Shown here in pieces: positions 14,053-28,900 of a stretch of DNA of 64,000 nucleotides (within the stretch, counting starts at the first letter, position 1; every line of letters begins with the position of its first letter). Below the pieces are notes generated by a model, which did no database searches, was not told the DNA's origin, and worked only from the letters and a program-made list of their open reading frames with translations. The DNA comes from Lingula anatina (taxonomy: Eukaryota; Animalia; Brachiopoda). The stretch covers positions 27,366,503-27,430,502 of the forward strand of contig CM120640.1 of the NCBI GenBank assembly GCA_051362555.1, written 5' to 3'. The position numbers were made by a program, and so were the translations under genes.

Positions 14053-15255
14053 GTGAGTACCGTCGAAAATCTATCGACATCACAGTAAGTAACGTTCGTA
14101 ATAGTGCAAGTCACAGCAAATCTATAGTTCTTAAGATAAAGTTTTGTCTTGTGTTGATTCTGTGATGGATAAGGATCCCATAGCCGCGAAAGAAGGTCTT
14201 CCTTCAATATCGAGCCCATGCCGGTATGTTTCATGGGATTTCCCGCCGTTTGGCCGTGATTCTTGATGAAAGCTTTGTTGCTGTTTGGCATGTTACTGTT
14301 TTAAAAATTGTGTCGTGTGCAATATCTCCTAAAACAAACGTCACTGTTACCCTTTCTTGTTTAAGGAAACGTTGACTATATATGTCTTTGTTTTGATCTA
14401 CCCTAATGGATCAGAGTTTCGTTTTAGTCGGATTAGTACTTTAGCACTCCTCTTTACTTTTTATATCACTAGTTAGTGGTGAACAGCGCTAAAGCACGAA
14501 TGAAGTCCACTACTGATAATACTTAGTCAGTGGTTGGTAGGAGTCTTATTTGCAGTTACCCTGAAATTTTTATTGACAGGTTTTGTATTTTGTAAATGGC
14601 GGAACATGTTTCATTATTCTCGGTTGATGTAACCTAATTTATATGTGATACATAATTTTTATGAAAAATGTATTTGTCTAGTCGCTCCTTAAAAACTAAA
14701 AATTGTAAGCCTAGCATATATTTACCAGGATTTATATCCATTTAGAGGAGAAAGGAAAAAGATTATATCATAACATAATTTCCAGAAACTAAAGAATTCA
14801 ATGAAATAAAGTTCTGAGCATGGCAGATGTTTTATTGTTCTCCATCAAGTGGTTACATAGATTTTTACATGGGTACATAGCCCATTGTCCGTTGAACCCG
14901 TTGGTGTTGGTTGGAACCAGTCGTGGCCTGTTCTTTCTCAATTTTCAAAAAGACTTGGCAAGCTTTGTTAATCAGGCATAGAGTTAGATTTGGTGAGCTT
15001 TGATAATCAAGCATATAATCCATCCATGTTCCCAGAAATATCTTTGAATTATTGCAGTTTTTAAAATTGGTAAAATAATATATTGCTTGGAAATGGACAG
15101 CAATGTCTGGTTGGAAAAAATAATCTGTTTGGATAAAATGCTTACAATGATTGATATTTGTTGAGATAAATGTCATAAGTATTATGGGCAATGATTTAAA
15201 TATCTCTTTGAGAATGATAAAACATTCTTCTTAATTTGATAGGTGCATCAGAAAC

Positions 15256-17054
<1,799 letters not shown>

Positions 17055-17961
17055 ACCATAGCTGATAGTTGCCGAGTGCTTGTGTTAGTGTGGAGTGAAG
17101 ACCAGGATTGGCCACTGAATGCATAGTGATCATTAACATCATTTTTATTGGACGGTCTGTTGTATAGAAGTGCTGTTATTGACTGCTACCTATTGTGAAA
17201 CCTTCAGATATTGACTGAGGCAGCAGTTGATCTTTGCATTGCAGGGGTCAGTCGATGGTGTCGAGGCCTGGAGCTCCCCAGCCATTCTCATCAGTTTGCT
17301 ATATTATCTTCTATTGTTTCATCAGTGATCTGTCTCTTTGAGCACTGATCAAAAACATCTTCATTCTTTATAAACTGGAGAGCTTTATATCAGAACAATA
17401 AATTTGTAACTGCTTTAATGTCTGTGACATTAGACCTGCTACTAAGAAATATCATGTCTATGAAGTGTGGGGTGATAGCAAGTGCATTGCTGTCAATAAA
17501 GAATTCATTCAAAATGTTTATTTACCTCAAGTTTGTACATAAAAATATGAGTTTGCACTTGATGCAAAAGTGTATATGACGTTTTAAAAGCAGCAGTTGA
17601 TTAAATGGGAATTATCAGTCCTAAACATATTTCTAAGGTAATATATTCAAGTTCTATGAAAACCAAATGTGTGGGAAAAGAATATTTAGTCTGTGCATAA
17701 ATGCTACTAGTATAGGTGCATTCCTTAAGTTGGTCAGAATTACATGTTGCTACAGAAGTTGGTAGGTTTTACTGAAAAGGTGAAAGTTGGACGTTTAACA
17801 ACAGATAAATGTTGGTTGTGTAAATGCGTAAACAGTACATGTTATTTATCTTCACGTTATGCTCAAAATTGGGAGGGATTTTTGATCTACCCTGATGTTG
17901 GGTTGTTTGGCAAACACTGCTTCTAAAAATTTATCTGAGCAGCTACACTTCAGAATTTGTT

Positions 17962-17967
17962 AATAAA
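17962..17967 (+). terminator. Candidate distal RAN polyadenylation signal
   Basis: AATAAA followed by GT/T-rich sequence. Additional AATAAA at 17397 and 17495. Confidence 0.5.
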
Positions 17968-18536
17968 ATTGAAATTGAAAGTGTGTCAGATGCTTCTGTA
18001 GCTTTATTTGTTTTGGTCTTTGTATGTTGGAATACATTTTCAAAAATGTACTTTGAACACCTTGTTTAAGGATAGTAAACACTTGATTTTCTTTGAAAAT
18101 GACAACTAGTTTTGGTCTTTACACCAAATGGACACCAGTCCATTCCCCTAACTTGATTCAAACAAGCTTGAGGATTTTGTGAAACATTTCTGACAAAAGC
18201 ACGACCTGCAAAAGCTGAACCAGGGGTATGATGACAGAACGATAGCAAATCTAGCAAATGTACAGACGCCAAACTGCAAAAACAATGCAACAGTACTTAC
18301 AAATAATTTGAAAAAATAATATGATCCAACAAAGCCATTCAGCAAATTTGAAGTAATACAAAAATAGTATGCATATGTTATAGGGCATGCAATGCAAACA
18401 CATGAACAAAAATTTTAAAAATAATAGTGATAGTAAAATCAAGGGTATCTGTAGTTACAAAATAAGACGTAATGCCCCTGTGAGATTTAATGTGATCAAG
18501 CTGAACACACTTTTTTGCCAGGGGCACCATATCTAT

Positions 18537-18720
18537 GGCTGCTTCCCAGAGATTTAGATCGATCTAAAGATTAAGTTTTAGATCGACCTAACTCCCTGGG
18601 GGTTCACGCTAAATTGCAGCTTTTAGTAGGCGGGACAGACGCTTAAGCCGGCCAAGCTGACAGTAATCTAGTGAGACTCCCCACAGGGATAGATCGATCT
18701 AAAAATCTATGGAAGTGGGG
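18537..18720. mobile_element. MITE, same family (copy 2)
   Basis: TTCCCAGAGATTTAGATCGATCTAAAG...GATCGATCTAAAAATCTATGGAA. First ~75 nt are nearly identical to 63903-63978. Confidence 0.75.
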
Positions 18721-19140
18721 TGTATTTCTCCATGGAGCCATGGTGTTGTGAAGCTGGTATCCATCCATGTCCAAATATATATTAACATCTGTGAAGATTA
18801 GGGCAAGCATGGATCCCTACTTTCTCTAGGTGCCCAGCTGTGTGATAACACCACAATCATCACCTCTACTGCTGTGCCAGTTTCATAAGGGCAATTATTT
18901 ACACAGGAGCGGATGGCTTGATCATCCAAAATCTTTCAAGGGCCTTTCATCCAATTTCGTAAACCGCGAAAGAAGACTGAGGAGACCCTTGGTGGCAGGT
19001 GGGCTGAACTGAACCACTTAGATTGTTACACATTTTCCACCTTGTTACATAAGAGAGAACAAACAAAGAAAGCACAAATCCAATCAGAAAATTTGAAATA
19101 CATGCAGTGAAGCACAACAGTTTTTTCTTATCTATTGGTC

Positions 19141-19146
19141 TTTATT
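19141..19146 (-). terminator. Candidate MED15 polyadenylation signal
   Basis: AATAAA on the minus strand about 435 nt after the MED15 stop codon. Confidence 0.5.
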
Positions 19147-19580
19147 CAAATATGGAATATCCAGCTTGCGCTCTCACAAATATTTTGAAATTATTACAAG
19201 TCCTTATTACTATATTTATCTATAGTCCATAATACTGCTACATGTAGCAACTAAGAGCCTGTATCTACTGAAATAATGGCAAGGGAAAATGAAACATTTC
19301 TCTTTGCACGATTCAATTTGATGATAATACACATCTTAAATTGTGTAAAAACAAAGAATCAATTTCTACACTGAAATAATTACTAAATCCAGTGTCTTAT
19401 AAAGTGAGAAACCTTTGTAACCTTTTCAAGGAATCTTCTACTACATAGGTTCCTTTGAATGCATTTGACTTGGTCAATAAATACACAGGTGTAGCAAAGA
19501 CAGGCACTCTGTTCATTCATTTCTTGGAGGTCTGTATTGTTTAAAACAATTTCACCACACCAGATGGCATCAAGTTCGAC

Positions 19581-22500
19581 TCACTTCTGGGTTGCATGGT
19601 CAGGATTACAAGCCTGCCTTACACTCATTTCCTGCAAAAAAATTAAAATACATGCTTTTATTTGGTAACATCCAATTGTGTGGATAGTTATTTAATGTGA
19701 AAACTTACATTTATCCCTAAATAACATGTAATCCAAAAACTCACATAGCATGTAAATAGCACAAAGTTATTTTACTATAATCTAACAAGAAATACACTAG
19801 ATTAAAAATCTCTCAACAACTAAAATATTTTGTGTAAGTTATATGCTTACCCATGTATCAAGTAGAGCTGTGATGGAGTATCTATTGGGCATTTTTGTCA
19901 AGCTTATATCCAAAGATTTCTGAACATTTTGAAGAAAAGGCGTAGACTCTGAAAATGCCAAAACAATTTAGTTAAAAATAAATAAATAAATAAGTCAATT
20001 GACAACTGTATAAGAGAATCCATTTCAATTCCACCTTTTTTGTGTAAGAGAGCATTTTTCGTGCACTGTGTTAATTTATCTACAACAAATCTTTTTATTA
20101 TCTTCTGAAGCAATTTTTGCCACTGCACTCTGCTCAAATTTTAAATTTAACTAAGAACAATTTAGATTGCCCAAATTTCAGGTTTTACTTAAAGATTCGT
20201 TCCATTTACAGAAAGAACCATTCATGGTTGCAGCCCCTAAATCTACTACCATACCATAGTCTCCCAGCGCAGTGTCACACTCTGGGCTGGTTTCTGGGTA
20301 GCCTGCTGGAACTGTGATACTGAGGGGAGGAACACTGGGGAGATTCTTGTCGTCTGGTAGAATAGAGTGAAAGCATTCTATGTGTAATCTGAGATCAATT
20401 CTCTAGAGTGAAATTATTATCATTCAATCATTTTGAAGATGAGACAATACACGCCAAACCCTCCCCCTCCTCCTTAAAAAGCTACAACCTATCAACATCA
20501 TCAGCAATTTCAAAGCAGGAAGAAACTTTTTATTAAAATATTATATGTCCATATCTGATGTTGTCTGTAGCACTTCAAAAATTGAAGCAATTTCAGAATG
20601 TGAACAAACTTCATGTAATAAATGCGATGAACAATGTCCTTGAACACTCCAAGATCAAACCACCTGTTTCACAAGAAAAATATTGAATACTACTGCACTC
20701 ACCTAGCTTGCAAATGAAATGCAATGTTTTTTCTCCATTCCTGGTCATAGGATCAAAGTCCACTTTAAATCTTCTGGCCAACCTGGCAATTTCACCTTGA
20801 ATCACATTTGGAACTTCACCTTCTTTATCTTCTTCTGGTTTGAACCTCTTGGGTGGAGGACTGGGCCCTCTGAATAATAAATATCAAGACCAGTTTATCT
20901 GTATCTCCCAATCCAAACCCTGATTATTCCTGCAATGACTGATGCATTTTTATAACACTGCACCACTAAAAATGCTGATTGTGGATCCCCAAAGCACAAT
21001 CTTAAATCAAACAGCATTGGTGACAAAGACAATAAGTAAGCAAAAAGCATAACTGCTTAGATATAATAAAATATTTATAAAATTGCAATCCCTGTAAAAT
21101 ATTCAGTATAGAATTTCATCCACTGTATAAACCATACTTTAGGTGAAGACCATATCAGTTTCTATAGCTTCATTTCCTAAGATGACTTCACAGCCACCCA
21201 AACATTGGGGAAAAAGAACTCTTGAGCTCTGATGTTGAATTAAAAAAATATCAGTGACCTTATCTTCAACTGACTGCATAAGACCTTATTTACCTGATAG
21301 GTGGTCCATGGAGAGCATCCAGGGCTGGACCAAATGTTCTCTCCAATGTATGGTTGAGAGTTGGAGACTTCACAAACTGTGCCACCGTGTCCAGCAGGGG
21401 CTGGCACATGTGCTGTTCTGACAATTTGAGGCCCTGAGAGCTAGAGGATACTGAGGTACTAGAGGAGGAACTCTGCAAATAAATGAATGTATTAATCAAT
21501 TGAAATGTCAATGAAAAATTTGCAAAATGCACAAAATTCCTGGCTTATTGAAATTAATAACATTTTTTTAACTGTCTTTATTGCAGCTTTCACAATTTAT
21601 CTCTGTTTCTTTCTCTGCATGTGTGTCTGTGCATGTGTGCAGCTATGTGAACAATAAAGATTAATTTACTCACTGGTTTTGAAAGTAATTCTAATTTTTC
21701 CAGGACCTGCTCACATTTGAGTAATGTCTGCATAGGCAGCCTGAAGAGATAAAAACTAATTATGAAAATGAAGCAATACACCACTACTTTCTACTCTATC
21801 AAAAGTCTCTTTCAAAAGCAGCCTAGCTGTCTTTGTTTCAGTTCAGTTTATGGTACTTTAATTCAAATCCAGTGTCAAATTATAATGAACATTTGTTAGT
21901 AACTGAAAAATTTACCTTCTGTTTGAATCTGATAAAATCTCCAATAAGCTCTTCATTTTACTTAAATCTTTCTTTCTGTCTGAAAACAAAGAAATTAACA
22001 TATTGCATAAAATTAGCAGAAATGTATTCTAACAAATAAAAGCATCATCTTAAATTTCTAATGTTCGTTTTAAAAACACCCATATGGTGATAAAGTAGTT
22101 TTACAAAATGAATAATCAATGCCATAAGTTTTATAACTAAAGTTGAAAATCATGATGTACATTTAATATTTACTTTAGCAAAAACTTGTCACTTTTTGAT
22201 ATCATCTATATTTCCCATTACCTTCGTCTTTGTCTATTTTGTTAATCATTCTTCTAAGTGGCTCAATGTACTTGCTGAGCTGTTTCAGCTTGTCTAAATA
22301 GGCCTGGTCTTCTGCTGAGCGCAAGGCAGGGCTGGGTGCAGGACCCACAGAGCCTGGGTTACCTGAAAGACATCCAGGGATAGAAACTTTATCACCAAGT
22401 GCTGGCACTGCAAAATCCTATTTGCACAGGATTTTCAAGTAAAAACATAAATTTGTATGCAGTTAAAGGATGTATTTTATTGTAACCATGTAAGGAACTT

Positions 22501-25500
22501 GGATTGGTATTATTACCTCTGCCAAGGAGGTTATGTTTTCATCCCTGTTTGTCTGTCTTTCTGTCTGTCTGTCATCAACATAACTCAAAAAGTTATGGAC
22601 CGATTTTGATGAAATTTTCAGGAACTGTCAGAAGTGGGCCAAGAAAGAGATGATTAGTTTTTGGTGGTGATCCGAATCAATAATCAATCAATAATCAACT
22701 AGAGGATCAGAGAGGCGATACCGCCTCCGAATATTGTACCACCAGCTGGAGCAAGCGCATTCGTATAGACCCCCACATACACAAAATAAGGGACACAGCC
22801 ACCAGTTTTGTGCTTGACAAGCTGTAAAAATGCAATCAACAAGAATTTTTAAACTATTGCAAAAAATATATATGGTACAATCAAATTTAAGTTCTTTGTA
22901 AGATAGGTCAAGGGTCAATTTCAAGGTCACAGTAAATTGCCAGTATATGACTTCCTATTCAAGTTCAAAGGTAACTATGGACCTATCTCTGTCAAGTTTG
23001 AAGTTAAAAGAGAAAGAAATTAGCAGAGTTCACTTCATGATAAAAAGTAGGTCAAAGGTCAATTTCAAGGTCACACTTAGATTGCCAGTATAGGACTTCC
23101 TATTCAAGTTCAATAGTAACTATGGACCTATCTCTGCCAGTTTTGGAGATAAAAGGGAAGCAAAATTTGCAAAATTCAGTTCATGGTGAAAAGTAAGTCA
23201 AAGGTCAATTTCAAGGTCACATTTAGATTGCCAGTATATGACTTTCTATTCAAGTTCAATAGTAACTATGGACCTATCTCTGCCAGTTTTGGAGATAAAA
23301 GGAAAGCAAAATTTGCAAAGTTCAATTCATGGTGAAAAGTAGGTCAAAGGTCAATTTCAAGGTCACATTTAGATTGCCAGTATATGACTTTCTTTTCAAG
23401 TTCAATAGTAACTACGGACCTATCTCAGCTAGTTTTGGAGATAAAAGGAAAGCAAAATTTGCAAAGTTCAGTTCATGGTGAAAAGTAGGTCAAAGGTCAA
23501 TTTTAAGGTCACATATAGATTGCCAGTATATGACTTCCTATTCAAGTTCAATAGTAACTACAGACCTATCTCTGCCAGTTTTGGAGATAAAAGGAAAGCA
23601 AAATTTGCAAAGTTCAATTCATGGTGAAAAGTAGGTCAAAGGTCAATTTCAAGGTCACATTTAGATTGCCAGTATATGACTTCCTATTCAAGTTCAATAG
23701 TAACTACGGACCTATCTCTGCCAGTTTTGGGGATAAAAGGAAAGCAAAATTTGCAAAGTTCAATTCATGGTGAATGTAGATCAAAGGTCAATTTCAAGGT
23801 CACATTTAGATTGCCAGTATATGACTTTCCATTCAAGTTCAACAGTAACTACGGACCTTTAGATTGCCAGTATATGACTTCCTATTCAAGTTCAATAGTA
23901 ACTACGGACCTATCTCTGCCAGTTTTGGAGATAAAAAGAAAGCAAAATTTGCAAAGTTCAATTCATGGTGAAAAGTAGGTCAAAGGTCAATTTCAAGGTC
24001 ACATTTAGATTGCCAGTATATGACTTTCTATTCAAGTTCAATAGTAACTACGGACCTATCTCAGCCAGTTTTGGAGATAAAAGGAAAGCAAAATTTGCAA
24101 AGTTCAGTTCATGGTGAAAAGTAGGTCAAAGGTCAATTTCAAGGTCACATTTAGATTGCCAGTATATGACTTCCTATTCAAGTTCAATAGTAACTACGGA
24201 CCTATCTCTGCCAGTTTTGGAGATAAAAGGAAAGCAAAATTTGCAAAGTTCAATTCATGGTGAAAAGTAGGTCAAAGGTCAATTTCAAGGTCACATTTAG
24301 ATTGCCAGTATATGACTTCCTATTCAAGTTCAATAGTAACTATGGACCTATCTCTGCCAGTTTTGGAGATAAAAGGGAAGCACAATTTTGCAAAGTTCAG
24401 TTCATGGTGAAAAGTAGGTCAAAGGTCAATTTCAAGGTCACAGTAAGATTGCCAGTATATGACTTCCTATTCAACTTCAATAGTAACTATGGACCTATCT
24501 CTGCCAGTTTTGGAGATATAAGGGACTAAATGTTATAATTTTGGAGTTACCATAATGTGCCTTAAATTTCGTACAGAAAAAATTAATTAAAATAAAGAAA
24601 ATGTCATTTTGGTCAAAATTCTTGAAATAGGAGGTGCTCTGAAGTTTCAGAAGTTCAAATTTGATGAAATAATGTCATTTTTGAACACAAGTTGTCTGCT
24701 TTGCCAAGCCTTATGTTTTATTTTTCCAGAGTTCAAAATTTATTATCCATTACCGTACTGCACATTTTGCTTTTACCACCAATATGTACTTTTTGATTCA
24801 GCGTAACTCGAAAACCGTATGGAATACAAAAAAAACGAGACCACCTCCAGTGTTGGGCTTAACATGCTCTACAAAATGCAAAAAAGAATGGGTTTCTAGC
24901 ATTAACAGTTCCCGAATTAGAGACAGTTTTCAGTTTCGGTATCTTATGGCCGCTACTCCCGTGAAAATGCACCGATTGACCCCAAATTCATGGAGATGAA
25001 AGATGACCTGAAGGGTAACACTTTCCAATAATATTATTGGTTAAGTCTGTGTGGTGTCTGAATAACAGGGCAAAAAAATTTTTTTTCGTAAAAAATTTCA
25101 TTTTTTTGAAAATTTTGACCCATTTGATCTTGAAGTAAAGGTCAAAGGTCAAATCCAAGGGTATATTTGAAGTCTACACATATGACTTTTGGAAGGCCGT
25201 CTATAGAAATTTTTCCCATAACTCCTTCCGTAGGGTAGATAATTAGCATTTAATTTTGCCATTTTTAGACAAGGGTGCATTGTAATGAGTGCCACACCCA
25301 GACCCCAATACCGACAAAGCCCAAATTTTACGTGGAACGAGTTGAGATTATAGGTGACCTAAATCCATGAGATGGGTACGGGGGCCCTTACCGTCTAGGA
25401 GGAGAAGCGGTAACGGTAGCCGTCCGGCGGAGCCGGCGGATCTGGCGGAACGATCCGGATGGGACCGAAACCATGTGTACCGCCAGCGCTAACGCTGGTG

Positions 25501-25828
25501 GTACAATAATATTCAAAAATTGCTGCCTTGGCAGAGGCCTGGGCTCTCGGAGTGCTTTACTAGTTCTTTTTCTAATTTGTATATGAAGGTTTATCTTTAT
25601 CACAGTACTGATGATGTGCAAAGTGCGCCAATCACAGACATATTAAGATGTCATTACCAGGAGTGTTAACAGAGATGCCTCCAGGGGAAGGAGCTCCAAA
25701 TGACACCCTAGAAGCTGGGGAAGGGGCCATGGCACTGCCTGGGCCTGGGGATGGACTGGCAAATGGGTTAGCTGGGGAGTGCACTGGTTGTATGCTGTAT
25801 AATAAAGAAATGAAACAGAACTTGTTAA

Positions 25829-25903
<75 letters not shown>

Positions 25904-28900
25904 AGACATTGTATACAAAAATGTGTTTTGCTATCTTAGAAATGGCTACGAAAGCATAAAACCAGTCTTAATTTGCAAAAAATAAAAAAAGTAAATAATA
26001 AGAATAATAAACTTATACTGACTATTTCTTAATTATACCAAAATCATTATATATTTAAATGTTTGCATTGTCATAACATGATGTACCTGTTCCAATTCAG
26101 GGTTTATTTACACATATATGCTGACATACCTAGACACTGCAGGAGAAGGAACACTTGAAGATTGTTGTTGTTGAGATACCTGAAATACAAACACCATTAA
26201 AGAGTATTGACATATTATTCTGAATATGCTACTTATTATGTAATAAATAGCACAGGCATTCTGATTTTACACTGCGCAATAAATAAATGCCCCAAAGTTT
26301 ACTTTATATATATATATACATAAAACCCATAATGCTGATAAAATTTTTTTAAGTATTGCATGTGGCATTTAAATTATTGGTCAGTTTATAATCTTAATTT
26401 ACAAAATTCCAGTTCCAATTCTGATCTGTTAACATGGCATTATCTTATAAAGATCACAGGTCAAAATAAAAGATGTAAACTACCCATTGCCACGTTTTAC
26501 AGTCAAATGCATCTTAGGGGTGATTTTGTTCTTATGCAACTTAAGGACTGGTATTCCATCACTGGCAGCTTGCCCAGATCATAAACCCACCATTCAAGCA
26601 AAATACCTCACACCGTATTGAATGTACCATGCTTTCTGTTTTTCACATCCTTAAGCAATATATATAATAATTAACAAAAGGCAATATATAATGATTTAAA
26701 CTCACAAGCCTCTCCATTAATACTTTGTTTCCACCTAAATGATTTCATATAAAGAACCGCCAGAACCCTCACACATGCAATACTTAATATATACATGTGA
26801 ATTTAATACGTGCATATAATAACCATCACCCAAGTTGGGATATATTATATATGAGTATTTCAAGAATGTATTAATATTGATAACACACATTATATGTATG
26901 ATCTATTCTGCCCAGTGTTATCAATATCTCATTTGGTTTTACATAACATCATATTTCCACTTGATAAGCCCATACCTAACCATTACTTCATCAAACTTGC
27001 TACCTTGGTGCTTTATCTATGTAATTTTGACTATCAATCTTCAGCATATTTTTTCTTTGTCATAAAAAGAGGCTACTTTTACCGTATGTAAGTGAGATCT
27101 GATTTTGGCCGAAGCACAGCTAAAGACTGGATGTTTTCTCATTAATCACACTGCTTCCCCTGTATGTCACTCTTAAGTCCATTCTCAAGATATTAAACGA
27201 CTCCATAATTGCTACATGAGAAAACAACCAAAGATATCATATAACTTATTACTAGAAACTACTTCACTTTTTTTTAGATTTTAAACATAATTCAGTGTAA
27301 TTTTCATAAACCATCCCAGAAGCACCTCTCCAAGCCTTTACCAAAACCAAAATCATGATGTCATCAGTCCCTGTGAATGCTCATATATGTAACCCAGTAA
27401 ACGACTTTCTTGTATCTTTGAGCAGCCTAAGAAATGATGACATCATGGCATTGTCCATGCCTTTATATTTTTGGAGTTCAGAGTTAAAATGAAACAATTT
27501 TTTCGGTCCATATATTTCCATCACCTTAAATGCAAAAAAAAAAAAAAAAAAAAAAAAAAAAGAAAAGAAATGAAAGTGCAAGCTTACAGCTTGCACAGTA
27601 CATAATTCATGTATAAGAAAATGAAATTGGACCAAAATATATTCTGAGATTCAATGTGTCTCAGACCTGTCCATAAGTATTTTGTACAGAGTAAGGTGAC
27701 TGGACCTGAGACGACGGCCTGCTCAGTGGTGACAACACAGGAGGAGAAGTCATCTGAGAAATGAGGGAAATAGAACAGAAAGATGATTGCAATGAATCTA
27801 CATAAAAATATCCTCCCTTCCTATCAAGGCTGCAATATAGAACCTAGCTAACAGCAACAACTTTAATTACATCATAAAAATGAGAATAAACAAGAAATAT
27901 TTTCTTACAAAAGAACTAATTTAAACATACAAATAATACTTATAAAGCAATGAAAGTCATGTTCCCTATAGCAAATGGTAACAAGTGACAATGCAGTGCC
28001 ATACCTGTGGGGAACGCCCCACGTCCTGCTGCTGACCCATTCCTCGCACCATCATTTGCTGCATCATAGGAACCTGGCCACGGTTTGCCATAGGACCTAC
28101 AGTAATGCTGGCATTTTAATAAAATACATATTCTCTCACATAATGATGCATAAAAAGGTATCACATTATGAACATCTAAGAACATCTCTCCTTAAAATAG
28201 GTTTCTATAGCGATGAACTATCTTTGTAATACAATCCTAATTCTTAAATACTAAGAAATGAATAAAGAGAAGTAGGCTCCAAGCGTATGACATTTTTACC
28301 TTGTGCCATCTGTTGAGGTCCCATGGATGTTCCCACTCCAGTCTTCGCCAAATTCTGTAGGGCATTGATAGGGTCTTGTATGGGGGCTTGTCCCCCTCCT
28401 CCCATGGGGTGCATGCCCCCTGTCATCATAGCCCCACCCGCTGCAGCCTGCTGAGCAGCTTTCTCTTTCTTGGAATCTGTAAATTCAGAAAAATAGTTTC
28501 CATGAAATCTCAGTGGAAAATCTCATCAACCTTCCCACAAGGTCGCTCATACATTTCTGCCTCATATATTTGTTGTTGCCTTGGTGCTATTTGCCATCAG
28601 GAGTGAAAATGACCAAGAGAAAAAGATGATTTGTCAGATGAATCTCGCCAGCACATTCACTTCAACAAACACTCTAAATGTCAGAGTTTATGGACAAAGA
28701 GTAGCAAGGGTTAATATAAATTACTGGCCTACTTCACTTCAACCAGACCACCTACTATAAAAATCAATGGCCTGTTCATAAATGCTAGTTTGATGCTGTA
28801 CTAAATTCCTGTAAACTGGATGAAAGGCATAATATATCAAGATGATTATATCTGAAGTTCATCAGTTATGCCGCGTCTGATGAAAAGGCCACTTTAATAA

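Larger units (their letters stand above)
22510..25565 (+). mobile_element. Non-autonomous Helentron-type element (HINE/DINE-1-like), outer element, interrupted by a nested insertion
   Basis: 5' TTATTACCTCTGCCAAGGAGGTTATG, (GTCT)n tract, 3' subterminal IR CCTTGGCAGAGG, short hairpin and CTAGTT end. An uninterrupted sister copy lies at 32431-32733. Confidence 0.8.

Noticed and set aside
23676-24529. ORFs of 90-100 aa within the 146-bp array; CRISPR-like periodicity
   Set aside because: The ORFs are by-products of the repeat. Units are contiguous with no unique spacers and the context is eukaryotic.
27354-27447. 13-bp inverted repeat with CTGA on the transcribed strand (possible C/D snoRNA in a MED15 intron)
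   Set aside because: No RTGATGA C box inside the stem at the required position.
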